Source of the DNA: Microthyrium microscopicum
Taxonomy: Eukaryota
Direction of reading: 5' to 3'
Assembly: GCA_010405405.1 (NCBI GenBank)
Contig: MU004237.1
Coordinates: forward strand, 1,437,345 to 1,501,344
DNA: 64,000 nt
Shown here: in pieces, positions 13,559-26,199 of the stretch
Layout: every line of letters begins with the position of its first letter
How positions within the stretch are numbered: position 1 is the stretch's first letter
The notes under the pieces: model-generated
What the model was told of the DNA's origin: nothing
The model's input: the letters and a program-made list of their open reading frames with translations, nothing else
The model's database searches: none
Position numbers and translations under genes: made by a program

Positions 13559-16128
13559 TCATCTTCTCCGGATCCTGATTATCACCAACGACAGAGTGAG
13601 CAAAGCAAACACTAGAAGCAAATACTGCGTCTGTGTTCTTATGACTTGCTGGGACAGTTTCTCCCTTCCCCACCTGTGAACCTTATGGTAGCTCTTGAGA
13701 GGTACAGGTTGATCGGGCAGTTCTTCCCGTCCCCACTTGTGAACCCTGTCATAGGCCTTGATAGGTACACGTATTCCTGCGTATAATTCACGGCGGTGTA
13801 GTGGAGGTCCTTCCCTAATGCTTCTTGACTTGATGTCGAAACAATCATATTCCACGGGATACGTGCGCGTGCAGAGTGGCCAGATGACTCTCGTGTGCAT
13901 GTCGCAGAAGAGGTTCTCGCGACGATTGTAGAAATCTGGGCCATGTCACATTGGATCATGGCAGCATCCGTGAACAGTGTGGTTAGGGTAAATTGTGTCG
14001 ATAAGTGTGCCATTCATTGGTTGAGTTCCGTCAGCTCTCTTGGCTAGTGGAGGCCCTTGAGGAAGCCATCGTTTCGGTTTATGTTCCCTGCTGGGATCAA
14101 GGACGTTGTTGAAAAAGCCCAATTTTTCACCTGTGTAGCCTTCTTCAATGAGATGGCGTGCAAAAGTTTTGTTGAAGCTGGCAGGGGCGAGGGGAATGTC
14201 TCTTAGATGCCAGTCTGTATGTTTGAACTGATCACTATAAAGCAGGCCTGTGCCATCGATGATCCTTTGCTCGTCTTTGTCGACAGATCCACGCGACTGA
14301 TCTTCGTATTCCAGCTTTGGTTCGAAAACTGGAACATTTCGCAGCTTGTCCATTTCAAACCACATTTGAAATCTTCCTGGAGAACAGACTAGTCTCGGGT
14401 CAATATTGAATCGGTCAATGCGTTCTTTAGTGGGCCTCATGTCTCGAATATGCATTGACATGCCTTGGAAGGGAATGCCGTCTTGACGTTGATCCTCAGC
14501 AAGCCAGACGCAGACTGGTTTGTGAGTGTATGATGGATCTTTTGAGTCGGCTGTGATGGTAACGTCGGAATATCCCCACTGTAGATTTCATCAGTATGAA
14601 GTTACAATCAGAGGCAAAACACCTGCAAAGACCATTTGCTCTTTCGGCGGTGAAGACGTTAAATACCCATTGCATTCGATGGCGCCCATATCACCAGAAT
14701 ATTGAACGGCTTTAATGGGAGCCATCGAGTGCGATGGGAGATGTGATGTTTTCTGTTCAAACAGATATTGTCAGGAGATGTGGTTTATTTGACACGGGGA
14801 TTCTTACCATGGCACCGCAGGCTCGGCCAATGTCACTATCAAAGCATGTCAACAGCTGTTTACAAGGCTCAACGGACTGGAAAAACAAATGGCGTGATCT
14901 CAACAGCTTCGTTGGCTCCCATACGCTACGATCTACTATACTCTTCAGTAGCTTTGATGGGAGCCATCATCGCTGGAGGTAGCGTGCCTCTCATTTTGCC
15001 AACCCGCGGACAATGGTTTTTTTCGGCGGATGACTTACCCTGTCCAATGGAAAACTTCATTGCTAGGCCATCTAACAGAGATGTGTTGGATGCATATGGC
15101 ATCATCGTTAGTGTCAGACTTTGTAAACTGTATATATTCTGCTTGGTTTCCAGGAAAGTGCGGCGAGTGGTGGATAGTATGATATCGTGTAGCTCCTGCA
15201 GAGATATGTCCGGTTCTGTAAGGCTTCTTGCCTTCAACGAGCCTGAAGTTTGTCAGTAGATTGTTCCGAGGAGAGCTGACGCACTTTGGGAAACACTATT
15301 TGACTTTTGGAGATGGAGTCACGAAATAACTTTGAGCCTTCGCATCTGGTGGGAACCATCGCATTCGACAAAGAACGCATACTATAGAAGCCACCAACTG
15401 TGCTGGCAGCCACCAACTTACCTGCGACCTGTATTGTCGAGAAGGTTAATCCAGGGACCACCAGATTTGTTTGTTCCATAACCATGCTGGCCGGTAACAT
15501 TCTCCTCATTGTGCTGTGCGTATATGTCGCCAGTTTGCCCAACCGTTATTCCAAGCGCAGTGGCCTCATCAACTCTTGGAGGTGCTTTCTTACCCTCAAC
15601 TACATTGGCGATTGAAAAACCTATGTTTACACCCAAGTTGACGAGGCCTATCACAGCGTTAAATGCATCCATTTTTGTGATCGGGCCCTTTTCTGCTGGA
15701 GTTCCTCTGTGAAAAGGATTGACTAAGGTGCCATTGATCCACGTATTGTTGATGATCGTGTTTACGTTGAGCCCACCCTTCACCAGCAATGGTCCGAATC
15801 TTGTTAACCAAGCTAGCCGGTCAGTCTCGTTGTAGTGCTTTTCAGGAATTTGCTGGAGGTTGCTCGGTCCAGGAGCCGAAGGAGGTACTCCAAGAATATC
15901 TAAAAGTGTACTCAAGTTGTAACGAGAACCCGGGCTGAGAGAAGAAGGGGCGAGGCTGATCAAGTATTCCTCTTCTTCTGGTTCTTCGTTGTCTATCTCC
16001 TGATTTGTTGGCAACGGGTGAGCAGTCTGAGACACGCTGCTGACACTAGGTTTCTCACCGTAGAAGAAAGAGGAGTAGATCCTGCCTGCGAGGAGAAGTA
16101 TGCAATAATGATAGCGATGGACCAACAT
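13559..16128 (-). CDS. Secreted Cys-rich fungal hypothetical protein, 4 exons (16128-15422, 15242-15039, 14835-14808, 14578-13559), with an in-frame TGA at 13946-13948
   Basis: GT-AG splicing in phase gives GGPWINLLDNTGRR..QAEYI..DDAICIQHISVRWP..WTGDIGRACGAMWGYS..PVCVWL..GMSMHIRDM..HGPDF..FCDM..WPLC..CFD. I recognise this pattern from an uncharacterised secreted ascomycete family (recall, not a database result). Hydrophobic N-terminus. Confidence 0.8.
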
Positions 16129-17745
16129 AGGAGTAGAAGACCAAGGCTCAGAAGGTGTAAATTTTCACCAAAGAGCAATGACACACTGATAGGACGGGGA
16201 ACTTAATGAGCAGTCTTATCTGATACACTGCTATTCCTAAGAATGGTTCAACTTCGAATGAATTCACGACTCCGAGGGACCCTCTCTTCAATAGACCAGG
16301 TGACGATTTCTAGTCACCCTCAATCAAAGGAGACCCTGAGGAGATGATAAGAAACTTCTTTTTAAGGACGCGTTTAAAACGGGATGATTGTCAAAGTGCT
16401 CGATTGCTGCGGCAGTCTTTCCAGGTATTGGTCGTCGAGCAAGAGTCATGAAGGGCTCTTACCACTGTGTTGATCAGCTTAACTCCAAATATCTTGAAGA
16501 AACTAGAGTAGCATGCGAAGATGAGCAGAGATGTATCCTATCGTAACTACTACGTGCTCAACCAACGGTAGAGTTGCGTGTCAGACGATGCATAGCGGAT
16601 GAGGCTGGCGGCCTGAAAGAGCAATATCTATCAACTCGGCTTGGTAGAAGCCAACGTCTCGAGCAGCCGGAAAAAATTCCACAGGTCACGATAGGTATTG
16701 GATTTGATTCTCGTCTAACAAGACTTGACCTCTGTTCGCCGTGGTCAGCTTCAATCGACGAGATATGATTCAGTCCATGTGCGCAAACTTTGGTGCATGA
16801 GGATCAAAATTTTGATTGAAAGTCTTTTAATAATACCCATACAATTTGTTTTCAATGTGTGAGTGGTCGAGAATGAACATAACATGTAAAACCGAGAAGT
16901 GGATTGTATCAAAAAACGGTCCCATGCGATTGAAAATGAGCCATCTCAGCCTCTACAACCAGAGATAATGCTCAGCTAAACACTTTCATGGTCGAAGCTA
17001 TTGATCCAATCAGTAGTCACAAACCCAAAATAGCACCGCTAGGGTTCCCAACTAAAGTATCGTATGATACATATCAAAGTCCGAAGTTGAAAAGACAACA
17101 TCATATGAGCGTACCTCCTTATACAGAATGAATCGTCGATGTCGATGAAGATCATCATTGTCCACTCTGGACACACGATATAGTGCAAGCCAGATTCCAT
17201 CTCTTGCCTAACAGACTCAAACAATTGTTTCTGACAGCAGGATACGTGAAGTGGGTCCGGTTTCCTGCACTTTCTCATGCTTCCTAACGATATGCCAACC
17301 GATAGAAGAAATGGCCGGCATGTGCCAATTAACTTCGATGGCTCTCACACAAGACTACATGGTAATGAGTGCGCTCAGCACCACAAAGGGCGTTCAGACT
17401 ACCACAGCTTATCGAATGCGCTGGCCACTTTAGCACCTTTTGTTTATCGGGGTTCGTGGGAGCCATTGGAGCTGATGGAGACACACCAGGTATTTTGTCT
17501 ATTCCTTGATATGCTTCGTTGACGATCGGTCGTCTGTTGTCACAGCCTTGCTGTAACCAGGCCTTTTTTCGCTTAAAGCTACAATAAGAGCGCCGGCTAC
17601 TATATTCAGATGAGCTGGTGACTCTAGAGGTCTTTCCACACAACAGAATACCAAATATCACGTCAACGAAGCAAAACTCGTCCTTGATCTGACCTAAAGC
17701 TTGTTTAACATGTAATTTGTTGTTCATTTCTAAAGTACAGCGCTG

Positions 17746-19188
17746 TCATTCTTCATCTCTATTACTGTCTAAGGGTATGTAATCCACATCTTTCGAGTCT
17801 TTCCCACCACTCTGCACCGAGTCTTTTTGAAGAGCTACATAAACGGCCGATCCAACAATCAAAGATGATCCCACTATTGTCAACAGCCCAGGCACTGTTC
17901 CCCATATAACCAAGTCAAAGGTGACTGCAAAAAGCATTGCTGAATAGGACATATTGGTTGCCCTTGAAGACTTTTCGGCACCAAGGCCTGATGCTAACAG
18001 AGCTTGCTATAATTTGATCAGCATACTACGTGAAAAGCTCTTTGGATAAGGAACTTACCAGTATTATACCGCTGGCGCTTAAGACTGTGATGTAAAACCA
18101 ATCTAAAGCCGTAGAGGGCAGTGCAAATGGCAGGCCAGGGATGATCGTCAACATAATCCCCGATATTATTCCAACGCAGACATTCAGATAATTCACGGAT
18201 ATCAGGGGATGTGCCCTGGTTCCTATATATCTGAGGCACACAAGTTGTGTTCCACCGCCCAAGACTCCTAGCATAACGCAGCCCACTCCTATAAGTCGTT
18301 GTTGCGGTGTAATCAGATCTGAAGTCTGGGATCCAGAACCATGCGTAACTTCCCCGATGCCACTAGCCGGTGGTGGTGTAGCCGCACTGCCAGAACTGAA
18401 CACGGCCGTTGGTTGAGATATCAAGACTACACCGAAGAGGGATATCATAGTTGCGATTTGTTCCAAGCGAGTGAAAGGCTCTTTGAGGATGTAGGAGCAG
18501 GCCAGACAAGCAAGCGGCGGAGCTAGGAAGCCTATAACTGTGGCGTCGGAGAGAGGAAGATATTGGAGGCCGAAAAACATGCCAGATACGCCAACAAAGC
18601 CAGATACTCCACGGAAAGCGAGCACAAAACGAACGGATTTATGGCCGAGAGGTTTCTCTGGAATGTTGGAGTAGAAGATATATATGGATGTAACGATTGT
18701 AGATATTATCATTCGGTTGAAGAGGATCTGTAAGCTAATGTTTAGCTTTTCATGAATCTTTATAATTTGTTTTCTCTTACTTGAAATGGGTGCATTCCTT
18801 TGCGATCCGGGCCGCCTTGCTCTAGTAATCTTGCAGTGACTCCCATCAGAGTCCCAAAGAATTGTGCGAAAAAGACATATGCTAAACCCCAATTTCTTTG
18901 CCAGAATGATCGAAGTTTTGATTTAATGCCATGCTGGTGACTGTTATCCGTGGAACATAATTGAGCTTCCGTCGAATCCAACTCGGTGAATATCGGTCGA
19001 CTATAGCTTTCCAGAGTAGAAACGGATATGTCAGACAAGGCTGGGCTGGCGAATCGGCGTATTTTAGGAATCGTCAGATGAGATGATTTCTGGAGCTCAA
19101 TATCTTTTGCTGTTAAGCTCAAGTTATTCGGACTTATGCTTCGAATACGATCATCGTATGAGAGTCTGATAGGTTTGAGAGAATCCAT
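17746..19188 (-). CDS. EamA/DMT-family drug-metabolite transporter
   Basis: GMHPFQ, LAFRGVSGF, YLPLSDATVIGFLAP, LKEPF and GSSLIVGSA motifs; multiple TM segments; 3 exons. Confidence 0.9.
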
Positions 19189-20236
19189 GCTGTGCAGTCG
19201 AATATGCAAATTGGACATATGCAAACAAAATTGAAGGGCATGAACGACAAGGAGATAGAGAGGAGTTTATGATGATGAGATAGAAAGGCAATACGATCTT
19301 GTCTGATCTAGGTAAATATGCAGTATCTGCAAGCCCGGCACCGGCCTGACGTAAACCAGTAGCATCAATGAGGAATATAAACTTCCAAGTTTCTCAATGA
19401 AGGCATCCCTGCGCAAGGCTTGTTGCTAATCTTGAAACTCGCGATAATTCGAAAGCTTCGTTACTCAACTCATATCTAACTTTCGCATTTGACTTCAATA
19501 TAACTTCGTATTGCATCGGTGTTGCTCGCAGTGTATGAGAAGTGACATGATAGCTGCCTTGAAGTAGCTTATTCCCGCGACGGAAGTGGGGCGTTCACCA
19601 AGTATAAACCAGATGTGTATCCACAATATGCGGCTCCAGGAAATAATTACTCAGAACTGGTCAAGGATTGGAGCCACGAGGTAACTAAACTTCTCGCAGG
19701 GTACTTCATGTATGTGTATGCCTGGGCATGGTATTTTGGGTCGAACCCAACATTGAATGGGTTACCCGACCCATGCCCTGGCATAACTTCATGGCTTCAA
19801 CTTCTGAGATGATTTCACAGTACCCAAGACTAGGTCAATTTTTTTTGGTTAAAGGTATGATTGAATATACTCATTTTGACCAAGAAACATACTATAATCT
19901 ATGGTTTTGCTACAACACCACATATTTGTTTCATCGATTGGCATTTTCAATCTTGCTGGAAGAGGATCTAAAGGGGTCCCAAGCGAACCAATACAGGAGG
20001 TAAGTTCACGAGGTGGACCACACCACAAGGCTGATTCCAGAGCCAAGAGCATCATGCAGCCAACTGAGACAAGCAACAATTGCACTTGAAGATGCATGAG
20101 GCGTATTCAGTCTCCTTTCTTCTCTCGCTAAATGTCAATAATTCCTGCACATGGATCAAGCTGGCCCAGATATATAATTGAGTTCTGCTGCCATGATATT
20201 TATAAATTATTTCTGACTTCAGCCATTGTCACCACC

Positions 20237-22208
20237 ATGGCGAAACCTGCCTTCATAGCATTTGGACTTCTCACTAGCCTTTGCAACGCCGTATCATCGC
20301 CACTTCAAGGATGCACAAACTATATCCAGTCCCACGGCATCTACAACAACAGTGATTCCAACATCAACTGCTCGGAAGTCATTGGGACTCAATGCATAAG
20401 GCCAATCTTAACAGAGAGAGGATGCGACTCCATTTGTGGAAAACTGTTCCATATTGACAGCCTGAGCGATATATTTAACAGATGGCTGTTATGGATTTGT
20501 CCCGCTATTATACTTATAGGTCACTTTTCATTGCCTGCTCTGGATTGGAAAAACTCTACACAAGTGGTTATCAGCCTGATTGGCAATCCCATAGGCAGTT
20601 TTTGGGCTATGATGACGCGACATGAGTTGATTCAGCGGGCAACTCGAACTTGCTTGACCCTTGAGTTATCAAAAGAAGCTGCGCTGGACATTGCGACTAT
20701 CGCTGCCATCTCTGATGAGTATGGCTGGAACAACCCATTGGTTCGGATTCGGGATGTACTGAGGTATCGTCGACAATGCCAATTGCCTCATCCCACTCAA
20801 GAATTGCTCGATTTGCTGGAAGAAGAGGAATCGAAGAGTCCCGAAGTCACATTCACTGGTGTCCCAGGCGACGTTGACGAAGAACAACAATCACCTCGCG
20901 ATCAAAATGACGACGACTGCGGTATTCCTGGGGAGCTGGCAGAAGCAAATGACATACGGTCCCAGGGGCACCTCGACCACCAAGACGCCATAGCCGACAA
21001 CAGACCTGAGGTTGAGGCAATGGACTCGCCGCTTCTGGACCGAGAAGAAGAGTACATTATAGCATCGGCCAGGCATGCCATCATTTCTCACCGTAACGAC
21101 ACCCATCTTGCAACATGGCTCGCTATCTTAGGTCTTATCTTTGCACTGGGGGCTGCATTCGTCAAAGTCTACATGAACAGAGATCAGCCTTTCTCAAGTC
21201 GGCCAATACCAATAATTTTACTCATCCTCTTCCTGCTTCCAATGGTTCAAATGAGTAGCAATATTGGAAGTTCAACCTCGGTTTTTGGGCCTTCTCTTGC
21301 TATACAGCAGCTTCAGCATGACCTTTATTATCTACCTACAGCTCGAGCAGAAAACGAGCGATTGGACTTTTCTCTCAGGCCCATCTTGGATAATCAAGTT
21401 GCAGACGAAGGCATCCAAGGCCTGGAGGAAGCTAACGCACCAGGAGATTACTACTCTGAAAAATGGCTACATAACGCTGCCAGGTACTCAGGTATCAACT
21501 CGACTTGGCGACCAGACAAGTTCAAGTGCCTCACACAATCTGGAGCCAATGGAGACAGGACCCCGATCCAGCTGCTTCTTTACTCCATCGCTTTCGTGGC
21601 AACGTCCGGCGTCATGGCAATCTTACAATCTTATTTGGTTGTAGGACACATAGGTTTCGGCTGTCGTAGCCTCACTTGGTTTTTGATTCTCTGTGCATGG
21701 CTTTTAAGTCCATGTCTTGATATAATACTTCAAAATGGAATTGCTGGTGTCCACCAAAGACGAACTTTATACCACCGGACGATGATCAAGGATGCGGTGC
21801 TTGCAGTCTCTGTTATCCTAGCAATCATCGTTGTGCATATAGGATTAACTGGTGAGCCATCTCCCCTCCCCTCTTCTCGTTGTTACACACTTCAGGATTT
21901 CGTTAATATCTCTTCTAGGAACCTGCTTTTGCTACACAGGAACACTGAGCAGCTCTCCATCAGCCCACAACATCGATCTCTGGCCCCTGAAAGGCAACAT
22001 ATTGAAGTGGTGGTGGATTCAAACTATAACTGGACCAATCGTAAGTCTCATAATAACAAGTTTTCTGCTAGTATGGACTCAGTTCGAGATGGGGACAATG
22101 AGAACGATACTCTCACCAGTGCAAGATGACAGACATAAAGTCCAAGCCAGGCTGCAGATGTTGAGAGAACGATTGCCCCGGGAAAGATTGCGCCACGTTG
22201 GGAATTGA
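20237..22208 (+). CDS. Hypothetical multi-pass membrane protein with signal peptide and Cys-rich N-terminus
   Basis: Long ORF with several TM helices and a GFGCRSLTW motif; intron near 21852-21918. Confidence 0.75.
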
Positions 22209-22898
22209 GATTGTCAGCGGCGGAGTCGTGGAGTCTATGTCAGACTTGGACTTGGACTGATCACTGTATAAATTCTTTGATGTATTGACGCATCAACGGT
22301 TCGCCGGAGGCTCAGCATTCTCCATGTATCTGGCAATATGGTCAACAAGAAGAGGGATAATCATCATCTTGCAGCGCATCGTATGTTTGACGGATTTTGT
22401 TTTTTTTATATTCTCCTTGTAAGCTCCATATGTTTGCTAAGGACGAGACATACGGTATGGTAATCATTTTCGTGCAGCATATCCCACAGGTATCAAACTT
22501 TGCCGTAGTATTTACTACCCTTTCTCCTCAGTTAGCTATCTTGCTTGGCTGCATGCAAAAGCTTGGAAAAGAAGAAAGTACATACATAACTAATTGCATG
22601 AAGCTATAGGCAGGAAGCCTGCATGGCCCGGGCTCCTGCAGCTTCGCAGAGCGACCTGCATGTACAATCGTACAACCAGACCAGATGCTGCCGTTGGATT
22701 GGTGTAAAACCCGCGGTTCGCCCATAGTTCTCGAATACTCACAGACTAATAGCGGTCTAGTAGCCGCAGTTGTTGAGGGCTAGAAGATAAAGAAGTAAGC
22801 TCGAGGTCAACGGGTCGTGCCGTCTTTGGCCATTTATATCTTAGGTATCCGCAACTCAAGTATTCGCGACTCCAACCATTTTGTGCAAACCTTACATC

Positions 22899-24734
22899 AT
22901 GGAGACGTTCTCTTCAGTCAAAGAATTTCTGTTCCAGCTTCCAATTGGCCCTTATGTTGCCTCGCTTGTCGGTGCTGTTGTCTCGTACTATGTGTACCAA
23001 GTAAGAACATCTCGATTGGCGATATTGCGAACTTTGTCTAACGTTGTGTACTCCGTAGTTCATCGTAATCTACAACAGTCCACTCACTCGACTCAACATT
23101 CCAGGTCCAAGATGGTCCAAATACTCCGGCCTCCGAATCGGCATCCTAGACATCGCCGGCTATCGCCATCGAGAGACCTATGAAACCCATCTCAAATATG
23201 GTCCTGTTGTACAGCTGGGTCCCCAGGAATTATCTTTTGTACGCGCCATTCCCGACAAATACACTCCTCCTATACATCACTCACTTACTGACGTACTTCA
23301 TAGATGTCCCCAAAAGCCTGTCGCGACATCTACACCGGTCCAAAAGCACTACCAATATCCGACATCTACAAGCGCTTCGGCGATCGCGAAAAGGGAATGA
23401 TGTTCGTGTCCCCCGAGCCCAAACATCGACAGAAAAGAGCAAAGATCGTACATGTGTTTTCTAAGCCTTCGATTGCGAATTTGGAGCCGGTTTTGCATCA
23501 ATATTCGCAGAAGTTGTTGGGGAAATTGGAGGAGAGTAAAGGAAAGCCGTTTGATTTGCTGTTTTGGGATAGGATGCTTAATATGGATGTTGCTGGTAAG
23601 TACTCTACTACCCTGGAGAATCGGAGGTTGGGATTTGGGTAGGGGATTTTTGTGGTGCTGATTTGTGCGGTATCGCCATACTGATATTTGTCCAGGTGAA
23701 TTATTTTTCAGTAAACCCTTTGGCGGCTTAGATGGAAGTCCAGAAGCGAAAGAATATGCGCACATGATCGATTTTGCCTTTGCCAATTTTCTGATCAAAG
23801 ATATCTCGAGAACGTTCCTCACAATTCTCAAGGCGTCCAAATCCTTTCTTCCAAAGGCTGTACGGGATGTTGCTATTGCAGGTGACTACGTCGCAAATGT
23901 AAGTCTCTCTCATCTCTGCCAACTCACCTATCTCACTGACCCAAAACCCAGCACGCCAAAATGACCTTGGCGAACTATATCAGCGAAAACGGACGAGACG
24001 ATGATGGACGCCGCAACCTCCTGACCAAACTCCTCGCCTCCGATCTTCCAGACCACGAAATAGAAGTCGAGATCTTTGGGATGACATTTGCTGCAGTAGA
24101 TACAACCGCGACGGTAATGACATATATCATGTACGAGTTATCCTGCCATACGAAATGGCAAGACAAGCTTCGATCGGAGCTTTTGGCAGCAGAGCTAGAT
24201 GGCAAGGACTATGCGGTCTCAGAGCTATACAAGCTGCCGATCTTGGGGGCTGTAATTAACGAGACGATGCGTCTCCATCCGCCAGCCATTGCTGGATTAC
24301 CTAGGATAACACCACCTGAAGGTGCTGAGATTGATGGATTGGATGTGCCTGGAAATGTAAGTTCTTCACTTCTTCCTATATCCCTCATCCTCTAACGAAT
24401 TTGCCAGGTCTTCGTCAGCGTATCTCCATTTGTATCTCAGCGCAATCCAGAGATATTTTCGGAGCCAGATACATTCAACCCGGCCCGCTGGCTGAACGGC
24501 GAGTGCGATACACCAGAAGCGCAAGATGCGTGGATGCTATGGGGCAAAGGAGCGCGTGAGTGTTTAGGTAAGCAGTTGGCGCAGAATAATCTTCGAGTGA
24601 TGGTTTCGAGGATCTTGTCGAAGATGAGAGTAAAGCTGGCAAGTGAGCAGGTGCATGATGATATGGTTCATACGGATCATTTTGTGTTGATTCCAAAGGG
24701 TATGAAGTGTTTGTTGATTTTTGATGATGTTTAG
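22899..24734 (+). CDS. Cytochrome P450 monooxygenase (multi-exon)
   Basis: I-helix AAVDTT, ExxR (ETMR), PARW (PERF equivalent) and heme motif WGKGARECLG. Confidence 0.93.
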
Positions 24735-26199
24735 AGACACCTGCACTGTACCTGTTATTTTGTGGCAGAGATGTGGAGAGATTTATCTGTATGCACATGT
24801 GCTGGAAGATTCTCAGAGAAGCAAGGCCGTTTTGTTTGAATGATATGCTGCATCTGGAAGAATTCCTCCATCAGCCACGCTTTACCTTAGTCCGTTTTGC
24901 GTTGCTGCCATATTTGCTATGTAAGAATGATGTATTCATCTGGCAGCAAGAATTTGGAGGAACAATTCCAGGATCGGCAATTTCCGAGCAATACTGACCG
25001 ATTATTTCTGATCCCATGCTCTTTCTACCATCGAATGATAATAACATATTCAATTCCGAAGGCAGCTGGCTCTTTGCGAATGATTGTATGTTTTGGGGCA
25101 TAGATAGAGTGTCTTGTGTCGCGGATGCGCGTACCAGCCATCATAAGGTGAATTCAAATGCCTACATAAGGATGAAATATTCCCACTGAATGAACACGTT
25201 CTAGCTTCTTGCTAAAATCTAAGGTGGTAATGGGGATAATTGTACGAAAACAGATTTGAGGACTCCGTACGGAGTCTGTAGTACGCAGCGCGCAGGACGA
25301 GACGCGTCATCTCAAATGGAGATTTGATGTACCGTCCTCAGCTCCTGGGACCTTGGCTCGTTGTTGAGGCTCATTTGGAGCAGTCGCGGAGAGATATTCG
25401 CCGAAATCCGAGAAACTATTGAAAAGGGTTCACTAATTCAAGTTGAACCAACAGGAAGCATCAGGAATACCTGGGCGTCTTGGTGAAAAGGCGGTTACAA
25501 AGGTCGTACTGTACTTGTAGTCTTGTACATTCATCGCTCTTGCCGATAAAAAGCAACAAAATAAAACGAACTAATTTGGGAAGGAGCTTTTGGCCGCTGA
25601 CCGTGGTTTCCCCAAATCCCGACATCCCCGATCACTCCTGTCCTGTGCTCCTGCTTCTCCACGCAGTTCGCCCAGTACTGAGCAAAGTAGGCAAGCGCTA
25701 CCGTACCTTACCCAACAATTTGGCAACTGCACTGCACGCCCAGTGCTCCTCCCCAAATCTGTCCTCATCACTTCAACAACATCAACCGACGTCAACACCA
25801 CCTTCTTACATTCACCCTCTACACAACCTTCAACTCATCCATTCAACTCCCAATCACTTCCGTCTACGCATCCTCGTATTCCACTTCGCCACACTTAATT
25901 ACCGAATGGCCAACTAGCCCTCAATCACCGCTCCAATTCTCATCCATCCCAACCCTTACACCTGTCCACTGTCCACCTCGTCTCCCCATTATCCGCCAAG
26001 CAATCTCGACAGACAAACTCCTTGCTTCATTATCATCCAAACTGTCTTGAATCTCCAATATCTCTTCCTTCCACCCTTAGCACTTAGCCATTGTCTTTAT
26101 ACCGACATCGATTTCTGCCCTCTCTTGCGCCCCTGACGCTGCGCATCATCGCTATATACCATCCAAATCCGATCAAGACATCTCCATCAGAGACTCGAT

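Noticed and set aside
13946..13948. Selenocysteine recoding of the TGA
   Set aside because: Sec machinery is not known in Ascomycota, and I identified no SECIS-like element.
14640..14730. Apparent exon YSGDMGAIEC needing a non-canonical acceptor or a stwintron
   Set aside because: The canonical 28-nt exon 14808-14835 (GDIGRACGAM) fits both phases; this segment is the intron 3 hairpin.
14926..15237. 103-aa minus-strand ORF
   Set aside because: Wrong frame; the overlapping frame encodes the family motifs (QAEYI, DDAICI, WTG).
22599..22646. Short imperfect hairpin upstream of the P450
   Set aside because: Only short interrupted stems and no similarity to the element families; could be chance.
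17746..24734. EamA + membrane protein + P450 as a biosynthetic gene cluster
   Set aside because: No PKS, NRPS, terpene synthase or pathway regulator in the window.
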